DNA of 64,000 nt from positions 41,016 through 105,015 of the forward strand of contig PBPT01000082.1 of the NCBI GenBank assembly GCA_002724735.1, given 5' to 3'. The translations under genes and the position numbers were made by a program. Below, piece after piece: positions 9,157 through 18,634 of this stretch. The notes under the pieces were generated by a model, which was given only the letters and a program-made list of their open reading frames with translations, had not been told where the DNA came from and made no database searches. The DNA comes from Fidelibacterota bacterium. GTDB lineage: Bacteria; Fidelibacterota; Marinisomatia; Marinisomatales; TCS55. Numbering within the stretch: position 1 is the first letter of the stretch; each line of letters opens with the position of its first letter.

Positions 9157-9761
9157 CAAAAAAGGTAGTAATTGATAATGCTGTGCCAAAAGAAGTGTTT
9201 AAAAAAATCCAAGAACATATGTTAAGTTTACAATACAATTGGCATTATGGAGAAGGTGTAGCAGATAAAGGCGATGTTGGTAACTTTCAATTTGTCCATA
9301 CAATACATGAAGGTTATTATATGGATCGACCAAATGACTATCAGGTAATATATCCTGTCATGGATGTGTTGGGTCCTCAATTACTAATAAGGGTAAAGGC
9401 AAACTTACTTACAAAAACAGATACAAATGAAGTACATGGCATGCATAATGACACAGTTATTCCAGGTGCATTAACTGCGGTATACTATTTAAATACTAAT
9501 AATGGATACACTATTTTCGAAGATGGAGACAAAGTCGAAAGTGTTGAGAATACATTGGTTATTTTTCCTGCAAAAATTAGACATAGTGGTGCTAGTTGTA
9601 CAGACAAACTTAGAAGAGTAGTAATTAATTTTAATTTTATACCTTGGAGAGATGATCCTAAATGGCATGCACTAATGGATGACGAAGATATAAGATATCG
9701 GAATCATTGGGAAAAGGACATGCAATTACCTTATGATAACAACGGAGTGCCGTGTAAATGA
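9153..9761 (+). CDS. Putative 2OG-Fe(II) oxygenase-fold protein
   Basis: 202 aa. Candidate HxD..H triad (MHNDT ... IRHSG) followed by RRVVINFNF, as in P4H-type double-stranded beta-helix oxygenases. ATGA overlaps on both sides. Confidence 0.45.
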   Translation: MTKKVVIDNAVPKEVFKKIQEHMLSLQYNWHYGEGVADKGDVGNFQFVHTIHEGYYMDRPNDYQVIYPVMDVLGPQLLIRVKANLLTKTDTNEVHGMHNDTVIPGALTAVYYLNTNNGYTIFEDGDKVESVENTLVIFPAKIRHSGASCTDKLRRVVINFNFIPWRDDPKWHALMDDEDIRYRNHWEKDMQLPYDNNGVPCK

Positions 9762-10579
9762 GAATACTAGTAACTGGATATAAAGGATTTATCGGAAAAA
9801 ATTTATCTAACTATTTGCTTACCCAAGGACATGATGTGGAGGGTTGGGAGTATATAGATAATACTGTGCCAGATCCTAGTTCATATGATTGGGTCATTCA
9901 TCTTGGTGCTATTACAAGCACTACATATACAGATGTAGATCAAATAATTGAACAAAACTTTGAAAATAGTATGCGTATGTTGCAGGTTTGTGAAAATTAT
10001 GGAACTAATTTTCAATATGCTTCTAGTGCTAGTGTTTATGGTCCTACTACACATTTTACAGAAAATGGACCTTTACTTCCTCAATCTCCGTATGCATGGT
10101 CAAAATATTTATTTGACCGATTTGTAATTAAACATATTGAAGAATTTACTGTGCTTGTACAAGGATTTAGATATTTTAACGTATATGGTCCTGGCGAAAA
10201 TGATAAAGGAAGCCAAGCATCTCCTTGGACTAAGTTTAGATTACAAGCGTTAGATGAAGGAAAGATTGATGTATTTGAAGGTAGCAGTGAGTACAAACGT
10301 GACTTTGTCTGTGTTGAAGATGTTTGTAAAGTACATCAAAAAATGTTGACTGTCGATGCAAGCGGCATCTACAATGTTGGAACAGGAAATCCAGAAAGCT
10401 TTGAAAACGTAGCTAGAGAAATTGCAAAAAAATACGATGCTACAATTAATTATATTCCAATTCCAGATAATATTAAGCCTCAGTACCAAAAATATACTTG
10501 TGCAAATCTAGACAAATTAAATACTGTGATTGAAATGGATTGGAAAGGTATAAAGGAATATATTAATGCTACAGAATAA
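9758..10579 (+). CDS. hldD: ADP-L-glycero-D-manno-heptose 6-epimerase
   Basis: 273 aa. GYKGFIGKN Rossmann motif. VQGFRYFNVYGPGENDKGSQAS..FEGSSEYKRDFVCVEDV..NVGTGNPESF..YIPIPDNIKPQYQKYTCANLDKL closely parallels E. coli RfaD/HldD. Confidence 0.85.
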   Translation: MRILVTGYKGFIGKNLSNYLLTQGHDVEGWEYIDNTVPDPSSYDWVIHLGAITSTTYTDVDQIIEQNFENSMRMLQVCENYGTNFQYASSASVYGPTTHFTENGPLLPQSPYAWSKYLFDRFVIKHIEEFTVLVQGFRYFNVYGPGENDKGSQASPWTKFRLQALDEGKIDVFEGSSEYKRDFVCVEDVCKVHQKMLTVDASGIYNVGTGNPESFENVAREIAKKYDATINYIPIPDNIKPQYQKYTCANLDKLNTVIEMDWKGIKEYINATE

Positions 10580-11258
10580 CGGAGATCATAATATACTTTG
10601 TCCGTTTGGACCTATGATTTATGAAAGTAAAATAAGTGAGGAAGATATAAAATTTGTAAAAAGTTTTGCAGAAATAAATAGAGATTCTGCATCGCAAGGG
10701 TCTGCTTTATCAGGAAATATAAAAGAACAACGAGGTAATGAAAAAGCTGATCCAAAAATGCTATCTACTATGATGGAAGTACTACGTCCGCATATTATAA
10801 ATTGGATAATTGCTGATGACCAAAGAAAGTTAATTAATGCAGGTGCTTCTAGCGAAGAAAAAATTATGATAGAAACAGTTGACTATGACAGCATGAAATG
10901 GCATTTAGGAAATGGTGTATGGTTTAATTTTATGAAGCAACACGAATTTAATCCTTTGCATTGCCATACAGGTACGTTAAGCGGTATTATAATGGTTGAA
11001 GTTCCGGAAGTAATAGCTACTGAACCCGATATATTTCCTATGGATTCTAATGCAAGATGCCCTGGACAATTAGAATTTGTGCATGGTAGTTATGGCGCAG
11101 GCGCACATAGGATTATTCCTAAAACTGGACAAATTTTTGTATTCCCAGCAGAACTAAGGCATCAGGTTTATCCATTTCAAAGTGATGTAGAAAGAATTAC
11201 TATGAGCTGGAATGTTTTTGATATTTCGTTTGATAAGAAAAAGGATATGTGGAACTAA
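10566..11258 (+). CDS. Putative 2OG-Fe(II) oxygenase (marine phage/bacterial TIGR02466-like pattern)
   Basis: 230 aa. ..NPLHCHTGTLSGIIMVEVPE.. and ..GQIFVFPAELRHQVYPF.. resemble the conserved blocks of that family (from memory). Confidence 0.4.
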   Translation: MLQNNGDHNILCPFGPMIYESKISEEDIKFVKSFAEINRDSASQGSALSGNIKEQRGNEKADPKMLSTMMEVLRPHIINWIIADDQRKLINAGASSEEKIMIETVDYDSMKWHLGNGVWFNFMKQHEFNPLHCHTGTLSGIIMVEVPEVIATEPDIFPMDSNARCPGQLEFVHGSYGAGAHRIIPKTGQIFVFPAELRHQVYPFQSDVERITMSWNVFDISFDKKKDMWN

Positions 11259-11650
11259 TGAAAGAACCTACAAGATTAGAAGGACATGTACCCAAAGGTT
11301 GGGGCTATGAATTAATATGGGCAACTAACGACAAGTACTGTGGTAAGATAATGGTATTTGAAAAAGTAGGTGCAAAGTTTAGTATGCATTTTCACAAAGA
11401 AAAAGAAGAAACATGGTTTGTTAATAGCGGAAAATTTATCGTAAGATGGATTGATACTTCTAATGCTACGTTACACGAGAAAGAATTAAAAGAAGGTGAT
11501 GTTTGGCATAATCCTCCTTTACAACCTCATCAGTTAGAATGTTTAGAACCTATGAGTTCAGTAACTGAAGTTAGTACAGCTGATTCAGTAGAAGATAATT
11601 ACAGACTTATTCCAGGCGACAGTCAAAGTAAAGAAACAGAAAATGGTTGA
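11249..11650 (+). CDS. Cupin-fold protein, phosphomannose-isomerase type II C-terminal-like
   Basis: 133 aa. PKGWGYELIWATNDKYCGKIMVFEKVGAKFSMHFHKEKEETWFVNSGKF follows the WG..Y..K.i.v..G..lS.Q.H..r.E.W.v..G pattern of PMI-type cupins. Confidence 0.55.
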   Translation: MELMKEPTRLEGHVPKGWGYELIWATNDKYCGKIMVFEKVGAKFSMHFHKEKEETWFVNSGKFIVRWIDTSNATLHEKELKEGDVWHNPPLQPHQLECLEPMSSVTEVSTADSVEDNYRLIPGDSQSKETENG

Positions 11651-12254
11651 AATAAGTTGGAGTGACGACTATGATCCTAGTCCTAATTATATCGCACCTA
11701 AGTGTGTAGTAGGATTAGATAGAGATGGTGTAATCAACAAAGATCTAGGCACATATTGTTACAAAATAAAAGACTTTGAACCTATTCCTGGTAGCATAGA
11801 AGCTATTGCTAAACTACGCAGATTAGGTCATAAGATTACAATTATCACAAATCAAGGTGGTATTGAAAAAGGATTATTTACGCAAGAAGATGTAGATAAC
11901 GTACATAAGCATTTGTTTGAATTACTAGGTAAAGCTGGTTGCACTAGTATAGACGGAATCTACTATAGTGCTAGTAGCAGAAAAAATGATATGTACGCGA
12001 AGCCTAATATAGGAATGTTCAAACGATGTGAAAAAGAAATACCACACGTAAAGTTTGCACAAGGTTTTTATGTTGGTGACAAAATTACTGATTTAAAGGC
12101 CGCAATGAAAATAGGTGCTATTCCTATCTTAGTACGCACCGGATATGGTGAAGAAACAGAAAAATTATTAAATAGATTTACTTACAAAGCAATAAAAAAG
12201 CGTACCAAAGTTTTTGATACGCTTTCTGACTTTGTAAAAAGTTTAGAAAATTAA
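11643..12254 (+). CDS. gmhB: D-glycero-D-manno-heptose 1,7-bisphosphate phosphatase-like HAD-IIIA phosphatase
   Basis: 203 aa. VGLDRDGVINKD (DxDG motif), ITNQGGIEKGLFT, KPNIGMF and YVGDKITDLKAAMKIGA..LVRTGYG parallel E. coli GmhB. The Zn-binding CxH..C.C insert appears to be absent. Confidence 0.75.
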   Translation: MVEISWSDDYDPSPNYIAPKCVVGLDRDGVINKDLGTYCYKIKDFEPIPGSIEAIAKLRRLGHKITIITNQGGIEKGLFTQEDVDNVHKHLFELLGKAGCTSIDGIYYSASSRKNDMYAKPNIGMFKRCEKEIPHVKFAQGFYVGDKITDLKAAMKIGAIPILVRTGYGEETEKLLNRFTYKAIKKRTKVFDTLSDFVKSLEN

Positions 12255-15200
12255 GCTTGAGCTTCACCCCATTTAATAATAATATTCGAATTAATATCTG
12301 AGCCAGTCACTTTATACACATTAATAGCTAAAACGTCAGGTCCATTAGGAAATGTTCCTCTGCCACCTAATGGCGTATTTGTTAACTCTTTCAACTGAGC
12401 AAGATCTAGTGTAGATCTCTCTCCAGGCACAGCAATAAATGAGAACACAGTTTCTCCAGGCTGAGCAAACGGTGGTTGTTCAAATGTTGCTTCAATTGTT
12501 CCTGATCCTAGTGCAAGTGTTCCAGTGAATGCGTTATTAAATGATATTTCATAAAAAGTATAACTTGCCCACGTAGTTGATGTAATATTACTTACATAAG
12601 TGTTAGCAGGGAACGTACCTCCACCGCTTATTCCTGTAATAGCAGTACCAACTACTGTACCCGCACTATCTACACTTGCTGTAGTTAAGTAAGCATAGTT
12701 TTTATTAACAAGTGCCGCGTTGTAAGCAATAGTATAGTGATCAATTGATCCTCCTGGTATACTACCTGTTGTATTTTTAGAAAGTCTAAAGTATCCCCAG
12801 TTATTACTGGATGGAATATATCCATCTACAATAGTTGTATTAGCTGGTATATGTGTACCTGTAATAGATTTACCTAGTACAAAATTTATATCATTACTAC
12901 CAAATACCGCTCTATAGTCTGATCCACTAACCTCTACATATCTACTACCAGGCCAGTTAGAATATGTACCGCTGTTTACTTGTGCAGTAAGAGCAGCCAC
13001 AGATGTCATATTAGCAGTTGTAGCTGATTCACCTGTTGTCCAAGTAACACCACCACCTGATGCTATCTGAGCAAAACTAGGTTGTCCACCTTGTGCAACT
13101 CCACTCAATCCTGACCAATTTACATCTGAGGGGTTAAGTGGATAATTTTGAGGATTAAGCACACCTTCAACAACAATACCACCGCTTCCTGATTCTGATG
13201 TAACTTCAAGACCCATCAGCAATAGCTGAGCACGATTAAGTAGTTCTCTTTCTCCTAAATCACCTGTAATAGCATTAGAAACACTAGGTGCTAAACGCAT
13301 CATAAATGCAGTCTGTTTTGTAGTACTAACAGCAATACCAGTTTCAGCATAACTAAAAATATATCCACGATCTTCATCAAATCCACCGTCTGTTAGGAAC
13401 GCACTACCCCAATGACTAATTAATGGAGTAATTGTTTGTGATATAATTATTACACCGGTCCTTGCATCGTGTGTAGTAGCAGGACCTCCTGTATAACTAC
13501 GTTCTGCTCCTGCTTGGAATGTAAGTAAGCTAGCATTTCTAGTAACTCCAGTCAATGTATTTGTTGCCTTATTATTAGCTGTGTATGTCATTACTTCGTT
13601 ATCAATATACACTGTGGCTTGATATGGAAAGAAGCTACTATCTTCTAGTTCGATAGTTGTTTGATTGTTTGTCATTGCTGTCTTAAGTTTACCTGGAGGA
13701 CCTTCGTTTGTTACTTCGTACCTAACAGGCAAGTTACCTGAACGCATAAATGCTTCTGTGTTTACGTTTGAATTACGCATTCTATGTGCAAAAACAAAGT
13801 TACCGTCTGCACCTCTAACCATCCAATCAATAAATCCAGCACCATACCAAGTATATTGTATTCCAATCATTTGCATTTTAGCTATATCCATATGATAGCC
13901 ACTTGGTCCTGTGCCGTCTAATTTATCTAAATTAAACTCACTTTGTTTTGCTTTTTTATCTCTTACTAGTGCTACTTTAGCTCCTGTAATATCAATTACG
14001 CCGCGCCAGTCTGGTGTTATTGTGCAACTAGTATCGTTGGTAACATTTGTAACTACATGTGTCATACCTTTAATAATAATTCTATCGCCAGCTGTTAATT
14101 GATCTCTAAATCTTGTATTTGTACCTGTTACTAGGTTTGAATCTTGGCTAAGTGCTATTGTTCCGGCAATCTGTTTTGTACCAGTACGCTGTACTGCACT
14201 AATTTGTGTACCATCAAATTCCCATAAAATTCCGTTTTGGTCATCAAATATTCCTGAACGCACAGTTGCACCGTGCCAACTTACAACACTCATTTGTGCT
14301 CCAAAGCCTAATACTGCTGTTGTAGCACCCAGCCTTCTTTTCGATCTAACTTTAAAAGTTCTTTCGTCTACAACAGATACAACAGTGTAATCAAATTCTT
14401 CACCAACTGCTGTGTCAGGTCCACTGTTATAACCTTCTGTTTCAATACCTAATAAACGTATTACGCCGCCTACTTGTACCCCATGATCATTGTCATCAGT
14501 GACCACTGTAATTAAACTATCAACTTCAATATCCTCAGCTACTACACTTTGTAGATCATAGCTTGGTGCAAACAATGCACCTGTGGTATACATAATACCT
14601 TTACCTGACTGATATCTAATATATTTTTTACTTTGACGTATTGCTTGAGCACCATGTTGTGGGCCTCCTGTCCCAAGTTGCACACCTCCATCATACGGTC
14701 TATGTACAAAGAAACTGTCTGGTCTTGGGTAAACTATACCACTAACAGGAGAAACTGATACATCAATTGCACCTGTAGTACGTGCTTGATATCTTAGTGT
14801 ATTTGATGTGGGAACTTCTGTTGCAAAGAAAGAACCTCCAGCTAAAGCATGATTGTTTGATCCACCATCATCAGATGTGATACTAACAATAAATGTATCT
14901 CCAGGCACTAGTCCATGTGCATTAGGAAATGATACATTTAATGTTGCCAAGGCCGCATAACTTACTGTTTGATTGACAGCTATAGTTCCTGTTGTAGCTT
15001 CTGACATTGTTACCGTAGATATAATATCTATGTTAGTTCCTGGGTTAGCAATAGTATACGTACCTGTTACTGCTGTTATTATATCTCCACCGACAGCATC
15101 CACATATAGTTCTAAATCGTGTAAAGGACTGGCTCCATCAAGTGTTGTGCCAGGAATATTAATTCTGTCTCCAACCTTATAACCACTTCCTCCGTTGAAT

Positions 15201-18200
15201 ACTGTTATGTTATCATATGAACTAAAGTTTCTTCTTATATTAAATGTAGCATTAGTGCCTGTGTTTGGAACATTAGTACCTGCTACACTATTATATGGTC
15301 CTGTTGGTTGTGAGGCTGTACCTGCAATGGTTATAGCAGTTATCGCTCCAGCGGCTTCATTACTTACTTGTGTAATAGTAATTGTTGCATCATTAGCAGG
15401 ACTTGCGCCTCTTAAATTTGAACCTGGTATTACTAACTGTTGTCCAACAGCATATCCTGAACCTGGAGTTTGTATACCATCTGTAAGGTCAACAGTATAG
15501 TCTCCTTCTCCAAGTTCAACTCTAAATGTAGCACCTGTTCCTTGTCTATTTGAGCCTACAACTCCTAATGCTGTCCTTCCATTCACTGCTGTACCAGTAG
15601 TAGTATATGTTAAGATTGCACCATTTGCATCAACACTAGCTATGGTACCTGTAATATCGTTTATTGGAGAACTTCCACCTAAACCAGTGGCATTACCTGC
15701 AATAGTAAATGTTTCTCCTACAAGATAGTTTAATCCGCCGCCACCTGTAACCTGATAGCTTGCTCCTGTGACTTGTACTGTAAATGTAGCATTTCCGTCA
15801 CCTCCTGCGGTATTAGAAGTAAATGCAACATTTGTAAATGTTTCGTCTCTTTGCGGAGCATTTGTTGTAGTAAATGCAATGCCAGTAATCCTTCCAGCTA
15901 ATCCCACAGAACCAACATCGAATGTTATAGCACTTGCTCCACCGTTACCTAAAACACTATCTGCAATAGTCACAGTTGATCCCTGAGCATTACCTAATCC
16001 AGGAGTAGCTATAGTAATATCTTCTAAATCAATATCTCCTGCTGTTGATATAGTGCCTACGTCCATTGTAAAAGCGGCTGCACCGCCACCTCCTAGCGAA
16101 CTATCTTGAATTGTAATTGTGTCGCTTACTGAGTGTCCTGATCCTATTGTTTTTACTACTACGCTAAGAACAGCACCAATAGCGTTGACCGTGATGTCAA
16201 ATGTTCCAACTACTCCTGATCCAGTACTTGTACCGCTAACATTAGTATATGTGCCAGCCGTTCTTGATGCATCACTAGCACCAAAGTTAGTCATAGTTTT
16301 ATGGCCGCCTGCTGGCTGTACTATAATGTCAAATGTTGCTCCACCTCCGCCTGAAGAGGCAGTAACACCTGAGTATGTACCTGGAGTTCTATTTGTAGGT
16401 GTTTGTGTTAAGTTAGTTAAACTTAGGATTTCACCTCCTGAGCTAACTGTATTAACTGTAACATAGTTGTTATGTGTTGCACTACCTCCTGTAGGTTGAA
16501 TTACATCACCTCCTAATACTATGCTATCACCAACGACATATCCTGATCCGCCATTATTTATAGTAACACCAGTATAAGTTGTGTTTAAATATTCAACATT
16601 AAAGCTTGCATTTGTGCCTGCATTACCATACGGATTATGAGAAAGTGGTGTTAATATAGCAAATCCATTAAAGCTTAATCCGCTTATTGTTGCTGTATTA
16701 ATGTCACCGTCACTATTAACAGAAGTTACAAATATTGTTGCATCATTAGCTGGTGTTTCTCCGCCTAGCAAATTACCTAGGACTTTAATAGTATCTCCTG
16801 CTACATAACCGTATCCGCCATTTGCTACACTATTCAATACGTAAGTGTTACTTGAATCTCCTGAAGGAGATATATTAAAAGTAGCATCTGCTCCATTAGC
16901 TGATACATTTGAACCGCTTATTTCAGTATAGTTTACAACATTACCAATTCTTGTATTAACAAAATTACCGCTGAACTGTACTCCTAGTCCTGAAGCACCA
17001 GTACCTATTGTTTGCACATATATTGCTGTACCGTCTCCTCTATCAACAGCCATATTTGCAGCCAAACCTGCTGTGTCTGTAACTTGCAAAGTATCAGTGT
17101 TTGGTGCCGCATTTGCTGTTGTAGTCAAAGTTAAAAATGTTCCGCCGCCTGCACTTGTATCAATAATTTGTGTTACTTGTGAACCAGCAGGGATACTAGC
17201 TTGTGTTAATGGAGAACCTACTTCTGGTGCCGCGCCGTCAAACGGTAAAATAGTGCTTCCACTTGCTACAGCTAATTGTGTCGTAAAACTTCCCGATGAA
17301 CCATTACTAGCTATAGTAAATGTTGGCTGACTTATTGATGCTCCAGTATAAAATCCAGCTTTGCGTAATTGACAGTATGTTGTAACTAAAACTTCACCGT
17401 TATTTGTTCCTACTTTGGCCTTTGCATAATAGTTAAAAGTTTTATCACCCGTTACGCTATTAATTACAAATGAGCCTTCTGCTCTAGCGGCTCCAACAAC
17501 ACTATCTTCTAATGCTTTAATTGTAATAGGTTGTCCGTCTTCAAATCCGTGTGCAACTACTGTAGTGACAGTAATTAAACTAGCACCTATGCCTCCAGTA
17601 CCTGTACTTGCGTCAGTCGTTACATTTTGTACTGCTGTATTTGTTGCAGGTATTTCATAAACACTTGGATACCCTCTAAGTGTACCTATAGCTGACCATT
17701 TAGTAGGCTGTAACCCATATTCGAAGTCAGCGTCAAGCATACTAAGAGGATGGGCAATACGCATACGCTCAATTGCATCAGTACCAAAATCATATGGTCT
17801 TACTTGTACAACACTTTTCCCATTTTCTACTTTTTCTACAAAAACTTGTAGATGATCAGTTGCGTCATGAGAGGTAGTATTGTAATTAAAATATATTCTT
17901 GTAATTGCATCAGTTGTTTGTAAGTATGTTCCAAAATCAGAATCATAACCTTTGGTAATTAATTTTGCTGTACCACCGTTTTCTGCATTAGAAAAGTTAT
18001 ATATGATTTCATTTTTTGTTGTGTTAGTAACAAGTAATAATTCGTCTAAACCCCAACGACCTTGGACTTTAATATTTCCTACTCCTGTATCTACTAAAAC
18101 AGGGAGCTGATCTAATCCTAAATTTATTACATTTATGACTATTCCAGCAAGTTCGTTTATCCTAACTATAGCACCAGCTTCTGCATTGTCGCCAGTTGTA

Positions 18201-18628
18201 TCTGTAGTTTGTATTACCTGTGTTTGATTACCAGAATATGCACTATTTGTAAATAAAAAGTCTCTAATTATATCTCTAATTTTTTCATATGTTTTTACTT
18301 CAGCTTGTCTATCACCATCGAATTGCGATACAGTACCTTCCCAAAAATCACTAGCGACTTTCCTTGTTTCTTCATTTCCGCCATATCTTAAGTCCCATGC
18401 CCAAGCATCGATAACTTTTCCTATTTCTGTTTCCCACTGTGTTACACTATAAGTATATCCTGAAAATCCTGTGGCTCCTGCTGTAACTTGCGCCTCTATC
18501 CATGCAACCGCTTCTTTTTGTAAGTAATATTTGTTCCCCCAAAGCAAAGCATATGCATTTGGATATACGTATCCTGTTGCACTCATTCCTGGCTTAAATA
18601 CGTAATTTTTTATTTGTGTCTTTGCCAT
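12251..18628 (-). CDS. Giant virion (baseplate/fibre-associated) structural protein with internal repeat modules
   Basis: 2125 aa, rich in G/T/S/A/N. At least 7 modules of type GG(S/Y)GY.VGD.I.I.G..L.G..P.ND.T (e.g. NGGSGYVVGDSIVLGG, NGGYGYVAGDTIKVLGNLLGGETPANDATIFV, NGGSGYKVGDRINIPGTTLDGASP). Lies in a late-gene block. Confidence 0.6.
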   Translation of the reverse strand: MAKTQIKNYVFKPGMSATGYVYPNAYALLWGNKYYLQKEAVAWIEAQVTAGATGFSGYTYSVTQWETEIGKVIDAWAWDLRYGGNEETRKVASDFWEGTVSQFDGDRQAEVKTYEKIRDIIRDFLFTNSAYSGNQTQVIQTTDTTGDNAEAGAIVRINELAGIVINVINLGLDQLPVLVDTGVGNIKVQGRWGLDELLLVTNTTKNEIIYNFSNAENGGTAKLITKGYDSDFGTYLQTTDAITRIYFNYNTTSHDATDHLQVFVEKVENGKSVVQVRPYDFGTDAIERMRIAHPLSMLDADFEYGLQPTKWSAIGTLRGYPSVYEIPATNTAVQNVTTDASTGTGGIGASLITVTTVVAHGFEDGQPITIKALEDSVVGAARAEGSFVINSVTGDKTFNYYAKAKVGTNNGEVLVTTYCQLRKAGFYTGASISQPTFTIASNGSSGSFTTQLAVASGSTILPFDGAAPEVGSPLTQASIPAGSQVTQIIDTSAGGGTFLTLTTTANAAPNTDTLQVTDTAGLAANMAVDRGDGTAIYVQTIGTGASGLGVQFSGNFVNTRIGNVVNYTEISGSNVSANGADATFNISPSGDSSNTYVLNSVANGGYGYVAGDTIKVLGNLLGGETPANDATIFVTSVNSDGDINTATISGLSFNGFAILTPLSHNPYGNAGTNASFNVEYLNTTYTGVTINNGGSGYVVGDSIVLGGDVIQPTGGSATHNNYVTVNTVSSGGEILSLTNLTQTPTNRTPGTYSGVTASSGGGGATFDIIVQPAGGHKTMTNFGASDASRTAGTYTNVSGTSTGSGVVGTFDITVNAIGAVLSVVVKTIGSGHSVSDTITIQDSSLGGGGAAAFTMDVGTISTAGDIDLEDITIATPGLGNAQGSTVTIADSVLGNGGASAITFDVGSVGLAGRITGIAFTTTNAPQRDETFTNVAFTSNTAGGDGNATFTVQVTGASYQVTGGGGLNYLVGETFTIAGNATGLGGSSPINDITGTIASVDANGAILTYTTTGTAVNGRTALGVVGSNRQGTGATFRVELGEGDYTVDLTDGIQTPGSGYAVGQQLVIPGSNLRGASPANDATITITQVSNEAAGAITAITIAGTASQPTGPYNSVAGTNVPNTGTNATFNIRRNFSSYDNITVFNGGSGYKVGDRINIPGTTLDGASPLHDLELYVDAVGGDIITAVTGTYTIANPGTNIDIISTVTMSEATTGTIAVNQTVSYAALATLNVSFPNAHGLVPGDTFIVSITSDDGGSNNHALAGGSFFATEVPTSNTLRYQARTTGAIDVSVSPVSGIVYPRPDSFFVHRPYDGGVQLGTGGPQHGAQAIRQSKKYIRYQSGKGIMYTTGALFAPSYDLQSVVAEDIEVDSLITVVTDDNDHGVQVGGVIRLLGIETEGYNSGPDTAVGEEFDYTVVSVVDERTFKVRSKRRLGATTAVLGFGAQMSVVSWHGATVRSGIFDDQNGILWEFDGTQISAVQRTGTKQIAGTIALSQDSNLVTGTNTRFRDQLTAGDRIIIKGMTHVVTNVTNDTSCTITPDWRGVIDITGAKVALVRDKKAKQSEFNLDKLDGTGPSGYHMDIAKMQMIGIQYTWYGAGFIDWMVRGADGNFVFAHRMRNSNVNTEAFMRSGNLPVRYEVTNEGPPGKLKTAMTNNQTTIELEDSSFFPYQATVYIDNEVMTYTANNKATNTLTGVTRNASLLTFQAGAERSYTGGPATTHDARTGVIIISQTITPLISHWGSAFLTDGGFDEDRGYIFSYAETGIAVSTTKQTAFMMRLAPSVSNAITGDLGERELLNRAQLLLMGLEVTSESGSGGIVVEGVLNPQNYPLNPSDVNWSGLSGVAQGGQPSFAQIASGGGVTWTTGESATTANMTSVAALTAQVNSGTYSNWPGSRYVEVSGSDYRAVFGSNDINFVLGKSITGTHIPANTTIVDGYIPSSNNWGYFRLSKNTTGSIPGGSIDHYTIAYNAALVNKNYAYLTTASVDSAGTVVGTAITGISGGGTFPANTYVSNITSTTWASYTFYEISFNNAFTGTLALGSGTIEATFEQPPFAQPGETVFSFIAVPGERSTLDLAQLKELTNTPLGGRGTFPNGPDVLAINVYKVTGSDINSNIIIKWGEAQA

Positions 18629-18634
18629 ATTCTT

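Noticed and set aside
13665-17330. Plus-strand ORFs of 63-115 aa inside the 2125-aa gene, and similar antisense ORFs inside other large genes (e.g. 28819..29702, 33526..36564, 39080..40239, 52065..54713, 56192..57152)
   Set aside because: They lie antisense to long, well-supported genes, lack SD sequences, and have hydrophobic low-complexity translations typical of the reverse frame of G/T/S-rich coding sequence.
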